Source: Mobula hypostoma
Lineage: Eukaryota
Reading direction: 5' to 3'
DNA: 64,000 bases
Assembly (NCBI RefSeq): GCF_963921235.1
Contig: NC_086097.1
Location: 30,506,001-30,570,000 of the forward strand
Made by a program: the position numbers and the translations under genes. How positions within the stretch are numbered: the stretch's first letter is position 1; every line of letters begins with the position of its first letter. Below, piece by piece: positions 49,332 to 61,979 of the stretch. The notes beneath the pieces were generated by a model. The model saw only the letters and a list, made by a program, of their open reading frames with translations, ran no database searches and was not told the origin of the DNA.

Positions 49332-50470
49332 ACTGATGAACAGAAAAGTAAAACTGATGTCTAATGTACATTTTACAGTAACATTAATTATCGCACGCAA
49401 AATGCAACCCAAACTGCTATCACAACATCCCACCTCCAGAGGTACTGCAGCTATAGAACAGTACAGCACAGGAACAAATCCTCCATGTCCATGCCAACTG
49501 TGCAGGCAGGTGTTAAAATAACAGTGTCATTGTTACAGGGGGCTTCAACTTCCCCAACATAAACTGGGGTGTTCATAGTGCAAGAGTTTGAGATGGACTA
49601 ATTTTTTTTTTGGTGCATGTAGTGGTTTTGCAAACCACTATGTAGATAGTCCATCAAGGGGAGAGGCTGCACTGGACCTGGTGCTAGGTAATGAGCTTGG
49701 CCAAGTATCTGAACTTTCAATGGGTGAGCAGTTAGGGAAAAGTGACCACAACTCCTTAAGTTTTAAGATAGCTACAGATAAGCATAAGTATGGACCTTGC
49801 AGAAGAGTATTAAAATGGAGCGGAGTAAATTACAAGGAACTAGACAGTTAACTGGGAAATGCTGTTTTTGGGTAAGTCCACATCTGGAGAGTGTTTAAAG
49901 ACCAACTGCACAGTTTCAAGACAGGTATGTTCAAGTCAGAAATAAGGACAAGGATGGCAAGGTAAGAACCTTGGATGTCAAGAAAGGATGAATTTAGTCA
50001 AGAAAAAAGTATGTAAAGTTTAGTAACCCAGAATCAAACAGAGCGCTTGAGATTATAAAGAAGCCAAAAAAGAAATCATGAGAGGAATTACCTATGGGGT
50101 GGGGGGTGCATTCTTGGCAAGTAGGATTAAAGAGAATCCCACTACATTATATGCATGCATCAAGAGCAAGAGAATAACTAGGGAGAGGGTAGGTCAACTC
50201 AAGGATAAAGGGGCAGAATATTTGCTTGGATGCAGGGGTTGTGGGCGAGGTCCTTAATGAGTACTTTACATCAGTATTTACCAAAGAGAAGGACATGGAG
50301 GATAGGGAGATCAGTACTGAGCATATTGACATGCCAGGGTATTTTGAGGTAGAGGAGGTGGTAGTCTTGGATCTCTTAAAGAGCATGAAAGTGGACAAGT
50401 TCTCAGGGCTGATGGGATTACCCCAGGTTACTGAGAGAGACAAGGGATCAGATTGCTGGGCCCTTGACTG

Positions 50471-51132
50471 ACAAAGCATTGGGACCACATGATGTGAAAC
50501 CCAAGGTCCTGAAGGACTGTGCCGAACAGCTTTCTGGAGTTCTCCAGCACATTTTCAATCTGAGTCTCAGTCTGGAAAGGGTCACAGCTGTGTAGAAAAC
50601 ATCACGTGTGGTCCTAGTACCCAAGGGCTAATTGAAAGTCCTGAATGACTACCATCCAGTGATCTTGACCTCACATATCTTGAAGACCCCAGAGCACCTG
50701 GTCCTAGCTCACCTCCAAGCCCTGGTCAGATCAGCCCTCGATCCCCTGCAGTTCGCCGATCAGGAGCACACTGGAGTCAATGATGCTCTCATCCACCCGC
50801 TGAACAAAGCTTACTCCCATTTGGATAAGCATGGCAGCACTGTCAGGATCATATTTTTTGATTTCTCAAGTGCCTTAAATACCAATCAGCACTTTTAGTA
50901 AAAGACCAAGACAAACGTACTGTTCCAAAGTGTGCTATTTGAGGTTATTCTTACCCGCGACCATTAGGCTCTATAATGAGTCAACCTATAGCAGGGGAAG
51001 TGATGACCTCCTGTTAAGATTGTTTGAAATAACTTTTTTTTCTTTCTTACTTCTCTTCTAATATTTGTATACCCGTACACTTGTAATGCTACTGTGACTC
51101 TAATATTATTCTTTTGGGCTCAATGACGTACC
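50471..51132 (+). mobile_element. Rex1/Babar-type LINE fragment with internal deletion, nested in CR1
   Basis: KALGP...LKDCAEQLSGVLQHIFNLSL, LNDYHPVILTS, LDPLQFA, IIFFDFSSALNT. The 3' UTR is shared with 42660-42830. Confidence 0.85.
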
Positions 51133-51134
51133 TA

Positions 51135-52709
51135 CAGTGGTGCTGGAAAGTTTGTGAACCCTTTAGAATTTTCTATTTCTGCATAAATATGACCTAAAAT
51201 GTGATTAGATCTTCACATAAATCCTAAAATTAAAGTGAATCCAATTAAATAAATAACAACATTATACTTGTTCATTTATGGAGAAAAATGATCCAATATT
51301 ACATGTATTTGTTCGAAGTAGTATGTGAACCTCTAGGATAATCAGTTCATTTAATGGGGAAATTAGAGTCAGGTGTTTCAATCAATGGGATGACAATCAG
51401 GTGTGAGTGTGGGGGGCCCTGTCCTATTTAAAGAACATAAACCTGAGTCTTCACCACACAGGTTTTGGAAGCGAGCCATGCCTCGATCAAAGGAGATTTC
51501 TGAGGACCTCAGAAAAAAGTTGATGCTCACCAGGTTGGAAAAAGATACAAAAAAAAATTCTTAAGAGCTTGGATTTCACCAATGCACAGTCAGGGAGATG
51601 GTGTACAAATGGAGGAAATTCAACACCATTGTTACTCTCCCCAGGAGTGATCAATCAATATAATTCCAAGAGCAAGACGTGTTATATTCCAGGAGATCTC
51701 AAAGAACCTTAAGAAAATATCTAAGGAGCTACAGGCCTCTCCTGCATGGCTAATGTCAACGTTCATGGGTCTGCCATCAGCCAAATGCTGAACAGTGGTG
51801 TGCATGGCAGGATTACAAGAAGATTACTCTCCAAGAAGAACATTGCTGCCCACCTAAAGTGTGCTCTGTGGATAAGCTGGAAGGCTATTGTTAGTATGTT
51901 CTGCGGACAGAGTCTGAAATAGAACTTTTTTGGCTTAAATGAAAAGCGTTATGTTTGATGAAAAGCAAACATTGAATTCCAGTACAAGAACCTCATCTCA
52001 TCTGTCAAATATACTGGTGGCAGTGTCATGGTTTAGGGCTGCCTCAGGGCCTGGACAGCTTGCAATTGTTGAGGAAACAATGAATTCAAAATTATATCAA
52101 GACATTTTACAGGAGAATATCAAGTTAGTCATCTATCACCTGAAGCATAATAAAAGTTGTATAATGCAACAAGAAAATGATCCGAAAGGCAAGAGTAAAT
52201 CAACAATGGAATGGTTTAAAAGGAAGAAAATTTGTGTTTTGGAATGGCCAAGTCAAGGTCCTGAACCTAAACCTATAGAAGTGTTTTGGAAGGACCAGAG
52301 GCAAGCAGTTCATGCAAGGAATCCCACCAGCATCCCAGAGTTGAAGCAGCTTTGTACTGTGAATGGCCTAAAATTCCCCCAAGCCAATGTGCAGGACTGA
52401 TCAACAATTATTGGGAACATTTGGTTGAAGTTATTGCTGGACGGGGGACGGGGGACGGGGGACGGGGGACAGGGTCCACGCCAGTTACTGAAAGCAAAGG
52501 TTCACATACCTTTTCCAACAACTACATGTAATATTGGCTCTTTTTTCTCTATAAATAAATGAAAAAGTATAATGTTTTTCCTGTTATTTATTTAACTGGG
52601 TTCTCCTTATCTGGTTTTAGAACTTACGTGAAGATCTGATCACATTTTAGATCTTTTTAATGCAGAAACAAAAACTTCTAAAGGGTTCACAAACTTTCTA
52701 GCACCACTG
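51135..52709 (+). mobile_element. Tc1 DNA transposon, full length (~1.57 kb), decayed transposase (resembles the Frog Prince-type lineage)
   Basis: TA TSDs at 51133-51134 and 52710-52711. TIR cagtggtgctggaaagtttgtgaaccctttagaa / ttctaaagggttcacaaactttctagcaccactg, extending ~200 bp. Transposase starts at ATG 51478 (MPRSKEISEDLRK). The DDE region IMQQENDPK...VLEWPSQGPEPKPIE is in ORF 51939..52400. Multiple frameshifts. Confidence 0.94.
52441..52474 (+). repeat. (ACGGGGG)4 ACAGGG tandem repeat
   Basis: Four perfect 7-mers and one degenerate unit at the end of the Tc1 transposase remnant. Confidence 0.9.
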
Positions 52710-53087
52710 TATTCATCCTCATGTCCTCTCTGGCCAAGATCCTGGAGGACTGGCAGATAGCTAATATTGTTCCATTATTCAAGAAGGGAGTCAGGGATAA
52801 TCCTGGAAACTACAAACCACTGAGTCTATGTCAGTGGGAGGAAAGTTCCTGGAGAAAATTCTTAGGGATAGGATTTATGAGCATTTGGAAAACAATGGCT
52901 AATTACGGAGAGCAATCATGGTTTTGTGCAGGGCAAGTCGTGTCTTACTCAAGTTTTTTGACGAGGTGATTGAAGGTAGAACTTTGAATGCTCCCTATAT
53001 GGATTTTAATAAGGCGCTTGACAAGATCCCTCATGGGAGGTCTTTCCATAGAACACAGAGGGTAGTATTTGACTTCTTCTATTTGTG

Positions 53088-53113
53088 ATATATATATATA
53101 TATATATATATAT
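53088..53113. repeat. (TA)n microsatellite
   Basis: About 13 units inside the CR1, at the IYI(N)DLD position. Confidence 0.9.
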
Positions 53114-55869
53114 GACCTGGATGAAAATGTAGATGGGTGGATTAGTAAATGCAGATGATACGAAGATTGGTGGTATTCTAGATAGCGTAGAAGATTGGCA
53201 AAGAATACTGTGGGATATAAATCAGTTGCAAACAAGGGCAAAGAGATGACAGAAGGAGTTTAATCTGGACAGTGTGAAGTGTTGCACCTTGTTAGGTCAA
53301 ATGTAAAAAGACAGAACACTTAAGGACAAGACCCTTGTGTTGACAAGCAGAGGAATCTTGGGGTCCAAGTTCATAACAAACTAAAAGTGACTATACAGGT
53401 TGATAGAGTGGTTGAGAGGGAAAGCATGCCATATATCTTTATTAGTCAAGGGATTGACTACTAAAATTAACAACTTATGTTGCAGCTTTATAAAACTCTA
53501 ATTAAGCTGCATCTGGAGTATTGCATGCAGATCTGGTCGCCCTATTTTCATAAGGCTGTTGAGGCTTTGGAGAGGATGCAAAAGAGGTTTATCAAGATGT
53601 TGTCTGAATTAGAGGGCATTTTCTATAAGAGGTGGACAAACTTAGGTTGTTTTCTCTGGAACGGCAGAGGCCAAAGGGAGATTTGACAGAGGTTTATAAG
53701 ATTATGACAGTAAGACAACATCTTTTCCAAAGGTTGAAATGTCTAATGCCAGAGGACATACATTTAAAAGGTAAGAGGCGGCAAGTTCAAAGGAGATGTG
53801 AGGGGCAAGTTCTTTTTTTGTTACACAGGGTGGTAAGCACCTGGATTGCATTGCCTAGGGAGGTGGTAGAGCCAGATACAGAGAAGTTTAGATGGGCACA
53901 TGAATGTGAAGGAAATTGAAGGATATGGACATTGTGTAGGCAGTGGGGATTAGTTTAGTTGGCCATTTGATGATTAATTTAATTGGTTTGGCATAACATT
54001 GTGGGCCGAAGCACCTGTTCTTGTGCTATACTGTTCTAGCTTCTTTATCTCCTCTCCCTTCACATCGAAAAATATGGGTTGCTTAATCCCCACCCAATAT
54101 CCTACTTTTGTTAAGATAAATAGTGCTTCCAAGTAACAAGAGAACTATTAAGGTCTTGCCTTGACAAGTGCAATTAAAAGACTTGCTGGTTCCACCCAAG
54201 CTGTGAATTTTATTTACATGACATGCACTCTCACTTCCTCAGGCTTTGAGCTCTCCTATTCCCTGCTTTGTTTCCGGCCATAACCCAACATTCCTACTAA
54301 AGGAGGGAAATAAAAAGACAGATCTTCTGTGCGACCAGAAGCCTGAGGCTTCAACTTTTAGAAAGCATCCCTGTTTGGGTAACTCAGCCTAGTGCATCCT
54401 TTCCATAAATCCATATTGCAAACACAAGAGATTCTTAAGACCATAAGGCATAGGAGCTAAATTAGCCATTCAGTCCATTTTTTAAATCCCCCCCAACCCC
54501 ATTCTCCTGCCTTCTCCTTGTAACCTTTGACACCCTTATTAATCAAGGATCTATCAACCTACACTTTAAATATACCCAATAACTGGCTTCCGGAGCTATT
54601 TGTGAAAATGAATTCCACAGATTCACCATCCTCTGGGCTAAAGACATTCCTTCTTATTTCTTACCTTGTATTCTGAGATTGTGCCCTCTGGTCCTAGTCT
54701 CCCCCACTATTGGAAACATCCTCTCCATACCTCCATCTTGGCCTTTCAATTTTGGTTCGCTTTCAATGAGATTCCCCAACCCATTCTTCTAAACAGCGAG
54801 TACAGGCCCAGAAACATCAAACACACCTCATAACCCTTTCATTTCCAGGATCATTCTTGTGTACCTCTTCTGGACCCTCTCGAATTCCAGTACATCCTTT
54901 CTTAGACAAGGTGCCCAAAACTGCTCACAATCTCCAAGTGCAGTCTGACCAGCTGCTTATAAAGCTTCAGCACTACAATCCTTGCTTTTATATTGCTAAC
55001 TGCATTTGCCTTCTTTCCTATAGCAAATTTGCTGCTGTTTCCACCTGCACACCTCCAGGTAGACATTCTTCAAGAGTGAACAAGCTGTTATAGCTCAAGG
55101 GCACCAGAGAATACTCCAATTCAGAGCCTGATTTGGCACGTGCTTGAAGACAAGAGACACACTTCCAAGTTTGTACTCCCCAGATAATTATCTACAGCAG
55201 GATTAATGGTAGATTATTGCCCCTCCCAAGCCCAGGAGTGCCAAGCATAATTGCCGCCCTCACAGTGGCTGCTAACAAATCAAACCAAGCATGGCACGAG
55301 CCAGACATCAAAGTGTGCATCTTCCTATTCTATAGGTCTAACTACCATACCAAGAGCTGCATTAAAATGCAGTCCTGGGAAAACAATTCAGGTATCAATT
55401 TCCTTCTGGAATTAGGCCCCTAGACATTTCACTACATACAAGTGAAATGTAGACCACAGTGGCCCTTTCACGCCCCAGGGACTTGTTTTTAATGCTATCA
55501 GTCTTCATAATGCATAGAATAGAGCAGTACTGCACAGTCCAGGTACTCCAAGATCAGTCTAACCCTTCCCTCCCATATAGCCCTCCATTTTTCTATCTAA
55601 ATACCTACCTAAGAGTTTCTTAAAAGCCCCTAATGTGTCTGTCTCTACTACCATTCCCAGCAGTGTTCCACACACCCACCAATCCATTCTCTGGCTGTCC
55701 ACTCTATCTATGCCTCTTCTCACCTTGTGCACCTCTATTAAGTCACCTCTCATCTTCCTTTGCTCCAAAGAGAAAAGCTGTAGCTCACTCAACCTATCCT
55801 CAAGACACTCTTTCTAATCCCGGTAGAATCCTGGTAAATCTGGTGCTAAGTCCATTTTACCCATAGCAA

Positions 55870-56895
55870 ATAAGGGTAGAACATTCAGTCAATGGTAGGG
55901 CCCTGAGGAGTGTTCTAGAACAGGATGACTAAGGAGTATAGTACCATGAAAATGGTGTCACAGGTAGACGTAGTGGTCAATGCGGCACTTGACATGCCGG
56001 CCTTCATCAAACAGGGCACTGAGTATAGAACAGAAGAGATTTTGCACTTGCTGGAAATCCAGAATAACACACAAAATGCAGGAGGAACTCAGCAACATCA
56101 AGCAGCATCTACAGATAGGAATAAACTGTCAATGTTTTGGGCTAAGACACTTAATCAGAATGAAAAGTCTCAACCCAAAATGTTAACTGCTTAATTCCTC
56201 TCTGTAGATGTTGCCTGACCTGCTCACTTCTTCCAGCATTGAGAACGACTGAGTATAGAAATTGGGATGTTATGCTGCAGTTGTACAAGACTTTGGTGAG
56301 GCTGCACCTAGAGTATTATGTATAGTTTCGGTCACCTTGCTATAAGAAAGATGTCAATAAGCTGGAAAGTATGCAAAGATTTACAAGGATGTTGCCAGGA
56401 ATTGAGAGACTTATTTATGAGGAGGAGAAAGTTGGCAGGCTAAGGGTATTCCTTGGAGAGCAGGAGGCTGAGGGGAGATAGAGGCATACAAATTTATGGG
56501 GGAATGTAGAAAGGGTAAATGCGAGCAGGGTTTTTCCACTGAGTTTGAGTGAAACAAGAACTAGAAGCTATAGGTTAAGGATGAAAGGTAAAATATTTAA
56601 AGGAAACAAGGGGGAACTTTTTCCACTCATACAAGAAAGCAATTAGCATTTTCTTCACAATTTAGAGGGTGGTGCGAGTATGGAACGAGCTGCCAGTGGA
56701 AGTGGTGGCTGCAGGTTCATTTCCAACATGTAAGAGAAGTTTGGATAAGTACATGAATGAGAGGCTATGGAGGGCTATGGTCCAGACATGGGTCAATGGG
56801 ACTAGGCGTAATAACAGTTCAACCCAGACTGGATGGGTTATTCAGTTTGTGTCGAGCTCTTATTACGCTGAAGGGCCTGTTTCTGTGCTGTAGTC
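55870..56895 (+). mobile_element. CR1 3' fragment hosting the palindromic mini-element
   Basis: AFIKQGTEYR|NWDVMLQLYKTLVRLHLEY is continuous across the TSD; VVRVWNELP near the end. Confidence 0.85.
56031..56247. mobile_element. Palindromic Penelope-derived mini-element inserted in a CR1
   Basis: Perfect 13-bp TSD actgagtatagaa at 56018-56030 and 56248-56260. Inverted arms are centred near 56160 and each carries a decayed hammerhead module. Confidence 0.85.
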
Positions 56896-57161
56896 CTCTG
56901 TGTCTCTGCCAAAGTCGGGAAGAGGTGAATCCTAAACAAGTAGGAAGGAGGTACGAGGACAGCTGTTAAATGAGACAGTGCCACAGTGCCAAGAAAAGGG
57001 AAATGGGTATTGGTGGCAGAGTGCACTACAGACTATGGTGGAAATGGTCCCTTCATTTTCTGAAATGGAAGGAATCGATATTTCAGTGCCACTGCAAACA
57101 CAAAGGTTGATTTCATGATGGAAGTCAGCTCATCTAACAACTTTCTTTAATTCAAGTCTAA

Positions 57162-57280
57162 GTGGCTCAGCCTGAAATGTCAACTCTTTGTTCCTTTTCA
57201 TAGAAGCCACCTGATCTACTGAGTACCTCCAACATTTTGTGTGTATTACTCTGGATTTCCAGATCAGCAAAATCTCCTGT
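57162..57280 (+). mobile_element. Penelope terminal module, partial and degenerate
   Basis: ctcagcctgaaatgtcaact...ctgagtacctccaacattttgtgtgtattactctggatttccagatcagcaaaatctcctgt. Confidence 0.7.
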
Positions 57281-59478
57281 TTTTTTTAAAAATCAAAATA
57301 ATCTATTTTCCTAATAAAACCATTTACAAGAATAAACTGCAATGCATTTTCATTCTTACATCCATAGTCACTGCATTAAGTACTTTTATTATTACATTCC
57401 TGAAAACCAACAGCACTGTTGCTACTCATGTGGCCCCCATGGGGTGGTACACTACTACAATAACTGAGGGGCATCCTCACCCAGCCCAGGCCTCCTCTCT
57501 CCAGTAGCAGAAGAACCCTATACTGTGGACCGCCCCTACCGAGCCCCTGCAGTAGCTACACCAAGCTTCAGTGCATCCCTCAGCTCACGCTCCTGAAGCC
57601 TGGAATGTGCCAGTCAGCAGCATTCCTTCACTGACATCTCAATGTCATCTAACTGCTGGAAATGGATGGGTTCCAGCCCTTCCAGTGGTAGCTGAGAGAA
57701 TAAAGCAAGGTAACACTGCAAGTGAGAGAGCATCACATCATCAAGACACTAACACTCCATTTAACCAACTTGCCCCCAGTCAAACATTTTACTTGCAATC
57801 TGGGTGGCTATGAAATTATAAGATTAGCTTTACTTATCACATGTACATCAAAACATAGTGAAATGCATCATTTGTGTCAATGACCACAGTCCGAGGATGT
57901 GCTGGGGGCAGCCTACATTTCTGGTGACAATTTAGCATGCCCACAACTCTAACCCTAACCCTTAAACATTCCAAACACCCCAAGTCTGGAGCACCCTCAG
58001 AGGAAGCCCACAGGGTACAAACTCCTTATAGACAGCTGTGAGAACTGAACCCAAATTTCTGGCAGTGTAAAGCATTAGGCAAACCGCAACACTACCGTGT
58101 CACCCTTGAAGAAATCAATTTCCATTTAGAAACTATCTTTGATTATGCATTGAAAATTTGAACTAAATAGAATTAGTACAGATCGGGATGTTATGGGAGG
58201 TAAACAAAAATTTGGAGAAAGAGGGTTCAGGAGAGAAGCAGATGGAAACAACTACTGGCTGAGAGTGAGAAAGGTGGTGCAAGTCCTGAAGGATTTCAAA
58301 ACTCAAAGGAGATTCAGGGGTATAGATGTACTTAGTGTTAGAGACCAGAACAAGAAATTAGAATTCATTAAAAGAATGCAGATAAAGTAACTAAGGAGAG
58401 AGCTTCCTCAGATAAGCAGCCAAATGGCTGGAAGTCGACCGCCAGCAGGAGGCAGCATCCTCCGAACTGCATAAAAATTATATTAACTCTGTGCAAAGCA
58501 CTTTACAAGCAGTATCTGGAACACTTGGAGATGTGTTCCTTCCACAGAACAAAACAAAAAATGACTAAAAGGGCTGAGGTTGTGTATTTATCATCTCTTC
58601 ATAATGTCTACAATTTAATTGGAGGGCGAGTTTCCCCAGCACAGAAAGAAGCCATTTGAATGGCCTAATTCTGCTCCTGCAGTATGTTTTATGATCTTAT
58701 GCAGCCCATGAACATAACACCACAACATATAGGAGCAAAATCAGGCCATTTGGCCTATTGAATCTGCTCCACCATTCAACCATGACTGATTTTTTTTCAA
58801 CAACCATTCTTCCACCTCCTCCCTGTAACCCATGGTCCCTTTCAATTCAAGGGCTTATCAATCTCTGGCTTAAATAAGCCTCTTTCTTTTATGGCTGGGC
58901 TCTTGGATGCTAGACTCTCTATCCCCAACTTGCTGCCTATCTATACTAAACCTATTTGCCCACAGGAGGCCACTACCTTCATGTCCCAAATCAGTGCAAC
59001 TTCTACAAGTAAGATGGAATCTGGACAAACATTTTTTTTTAAAAAGTCACCAAAAGTTAGGTAGTTTGACCTGCCCAGCAAACTTTTTCCATATGTTTAT
59101 CCAATGCCCTTCTGAATGCTCCTGCTGAAATCACCTCCCAAAATCCATTGCAGCAGTGAACAACAGATCAGAACTTTTCAATGTGGCAATGCTCCAGTTA
59201 CAAGTTCAGACTTAGTCCTCAGAAAGAACTGTGGCCTCACTCCACCCTACTGTCTCGTGCCTGCTTGCTCCACTGTAAATTCACTCTGCTTGGAAAGGCC
59301 AGCCAATCGACCCTCCGCTGTGCTCTTGGCCAAGTGGTTACCTTGCAGTTGCCAAACGCCATGTCTCCATAGCCACAGCACTAATTGTCCCCTTTGCTTT
59401 GAAAGCCTCATTCTGTTTCATCCAAAGTAAATCAGACACCAGGAAAACAAAGTTGAATAGTTCTGAATGAAATTGAAT

Positions 59479-59820
59479 TAGAATCAGAATCAGGTATCAC
59501 TGTCATACGTCATGAAATTTGTTAACTTAGCAGCAGCAGTTCAATGCAATACATAATACAGAAGAAAAAATTAAAATAAATCAATTACAGTATACGCATA
59601 CTGAGTAGATTAAAAATCATGCAAAAAACAGAAATAATATATTTTAAAAAGTGAGGTAGTATCCACGGGTTCATTGTCCATTTAGGAACTGGATGGCAGA
59701 ATCACTGTGTGCTTTCGGGCTTCTGTACCTCCTACCTGACGGTAACAGTGAGAAAAGGACATGCCCTGGGTGCCAGAGGTCCTTAATAATGGATGCTGCC
59801 TTTCTGAGACACTGCTCCTT
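59479..59820 (-). mobile_element. Rex1/Babar-type LINE 3' end
   Basis: CLRKAASIIKD..HPGHVLFSLLPSGRRYRS and the same UTR and tail as 29922-30300. Confidence 0.8.
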
Positions 59821-60193
59821 CAGAGTCACCCACTGCTGATGCCAATATAGTATGCCCCAACTCACTAACCATAACCAGAGGAAACCCATATGGTCACAAT
59901 GCAGATGTACAAACCCTGTACAGACAGTGGCAGGAATTGAATGGGATCTTACAGCTCGTCCTGTAATAGCATTACACTAACTGCTAAGTTACAGTGCTGT
60001 CCAATATATTGGGAGACATAGATATATATATAAAAAAAGTAAATGGAGCTAAAAGAGAGCAAAAATACTGACGACTGTTCAGAAACCTGATGGCACAGGG
60101 GAAAGAAGATGTTCCTAAAACGTTGAATGTGGGCCTTCAGGTTCCTTTCCCTCTTCTCTGATGTATACACTAAAATGAATACCCTGACAGTTT

Positions 60194-60368
60194 ACAGCTG
60201 ACATTTCAGGCCCAGACCCTTCAGCAGGATTCAGTGTCCTGCTAAAGAGTCTCAGCCCAAAACTTCAACTGTACTCTTTTGCATAGATGCTGCCCGGCCT
60301 GCTGAGTTCCTCCAGCATTTTGTGTGTGTTGCTTGGATTTCCAGCATCTGCAGATTTTCTTTTGTTTG
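60194..60368. mobile_element. Palindromic Penelope-derived mini-element
   Basis: Short left arm (cagctgacatttcaggcccagacccttcagcaggat) faces the right arm (gtcctgctaaagagtctcagcccaaaacttcaactg...ccagcatctgcagattttcttttgttt). Degenerate TSD accctgacagttt (60181-60193) / atcttgatagttt (60369-60381). Confidence 0.8.
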
Positions 60369-61979
60369 ATCTTGATAGTTTGGCAGATTAGATATAAAAA
60401 TACTAGAATCCTCAACAGTCCAGTCATGAGAGAAGGGGGAGGGGGAGAAAAAGTTGTTTTCAGTTTCACATCAACAAAGAAATTCATAAATGTTTGAATA
60501 CGCTGAGAGATCTGAAACGCAGCCTTTGCATGTTATGTAATTGTTGGACAATACCCATGTCACACTTAAGTGCTGAGGTTATCTGAATCCTCTCTGCACC
60601 TGGCTTCCTTCTCTGTGGGATTACCAAGGGTAGACAATAACTCATTGAGCTGAATGAAAGCGGGTGCTGTTTTTTTTTGTTGGTGAAAAAAAGTCATTTA
60701 CATCCTCTGAACGGTCACAGGATGGCTAAAGCAAGCCAATTTCTCTTGCTGGCTGAAGAACGTGCCTGAATTGCAACGGCTCAATCTATATACAACAAAA
60801 TCATCTACTCAATGAGTTTCTTGGAATTTGTTTTGCTTGAGGTGGTAACATAGCAGGGCACCACCTCATGTGCACTATATTCCAGTAGGGACTCGCTCTT
60901 CCAGACTGTTTTTTGCAACCACTTTACAATGGTTCGGAAGAATGGCACTGGCTACAAGTATGACGTCAAGAGGTCTGAGAGCTACTATTTTCTCGGAGTG
61001 AACATGATCAATCCCCTCATTCTGACCAGTATCAGACCAATAATTCTACTCTTCATTCTTTTTCCTGTTATTATAAAATTGCATTTCCTGTGAGAGTCAG
61101 GAACATCACCTGATATCTTCATGAGACAATATTTAAAAAATTGAGGAAAAGGGAATTTTTAACTGTAAATTAAAAATAATAGAGCATGAGTTGCAACGCC
61201 TTTTGCACATTTGTTAATTAATGTATTTATGTATAGTTCTTTTTTGTAAAATTCTATTATATTTCTTTATATTTCCTGCAAATATCTGCAAGAAAATGTA
61301 TCTCAAGGTAGTAGTATATGGTAACTGGCACATACTGTTCCTTGATAATAAATTTACTTTGAACTTTGAATAGCCTGTCCTGGTCCAACGATGATGGAGA
61401 TGTACACCACCAAAAGGGTAAAGAAATTCAGCACATCCTCATTGACTCCCACCATTTTTATTGATGCACCATTCTTTGTCCTGTATCTGGATGCACCACG
61501 GTTTGATATGAGAACTGCTCTGCCTGGGACTACAAGAAACTGCAGACAGAGGCTAACACAGCTCAGCACATCACAGAATGGAGACTCCCCTCCACGGACT
61601 GTCTACACTTGACTCCCTTGGTAAAGCAGCCATCCTAAAAGACCCCACCCACCCCATTCTCTTGAACCAACTGGTTAAATACAGTGCAGGCAGACAATAT
61701 GGTACATGACCATGGGTACTTAGTCTGTAACTGTAACACTATTCTCATTCCATTATTATTTTCTCTTGCACTACCTCAATGTACAGATGTGATTAAATAA
61801 GCTGTATGGATGGTATGCAAAACAGTGTTCCACTGTACATCAGTACATGTGACAATTATAAACCAATTAAATTGGAAACAACTGCCACAGTGTGCAAGGA
61901 GCAGGCTCCCACAGCATCCCAACCACTGGATTATCTTGGCGATGCTGGTTAAGAGACTAATATTAGTCAGGGCACCAGG

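Larger units (their letters stand above)
49520..54040 (+). mobile_element. Long degenerate CR1 LINE (end of endonuclease through RT to 3' UTR), interrupted at ~50470-52711
   Basis: G.FNFPNINW, LDLVL..SDHN, LNEYFTSVFTKE before the break. EDWQIANIVPLFKKG.RDNPGNYKP and LYKTL..HLEYC.Q.WSP after it. Confidence 0.9.

Noticed and set aside
51939..52400. Functional transposase
   Set aside because: Only a fragment is open. The upstream part is frameshifted and the conserved motifs are altered (QEND, SQGPEPKPIE).
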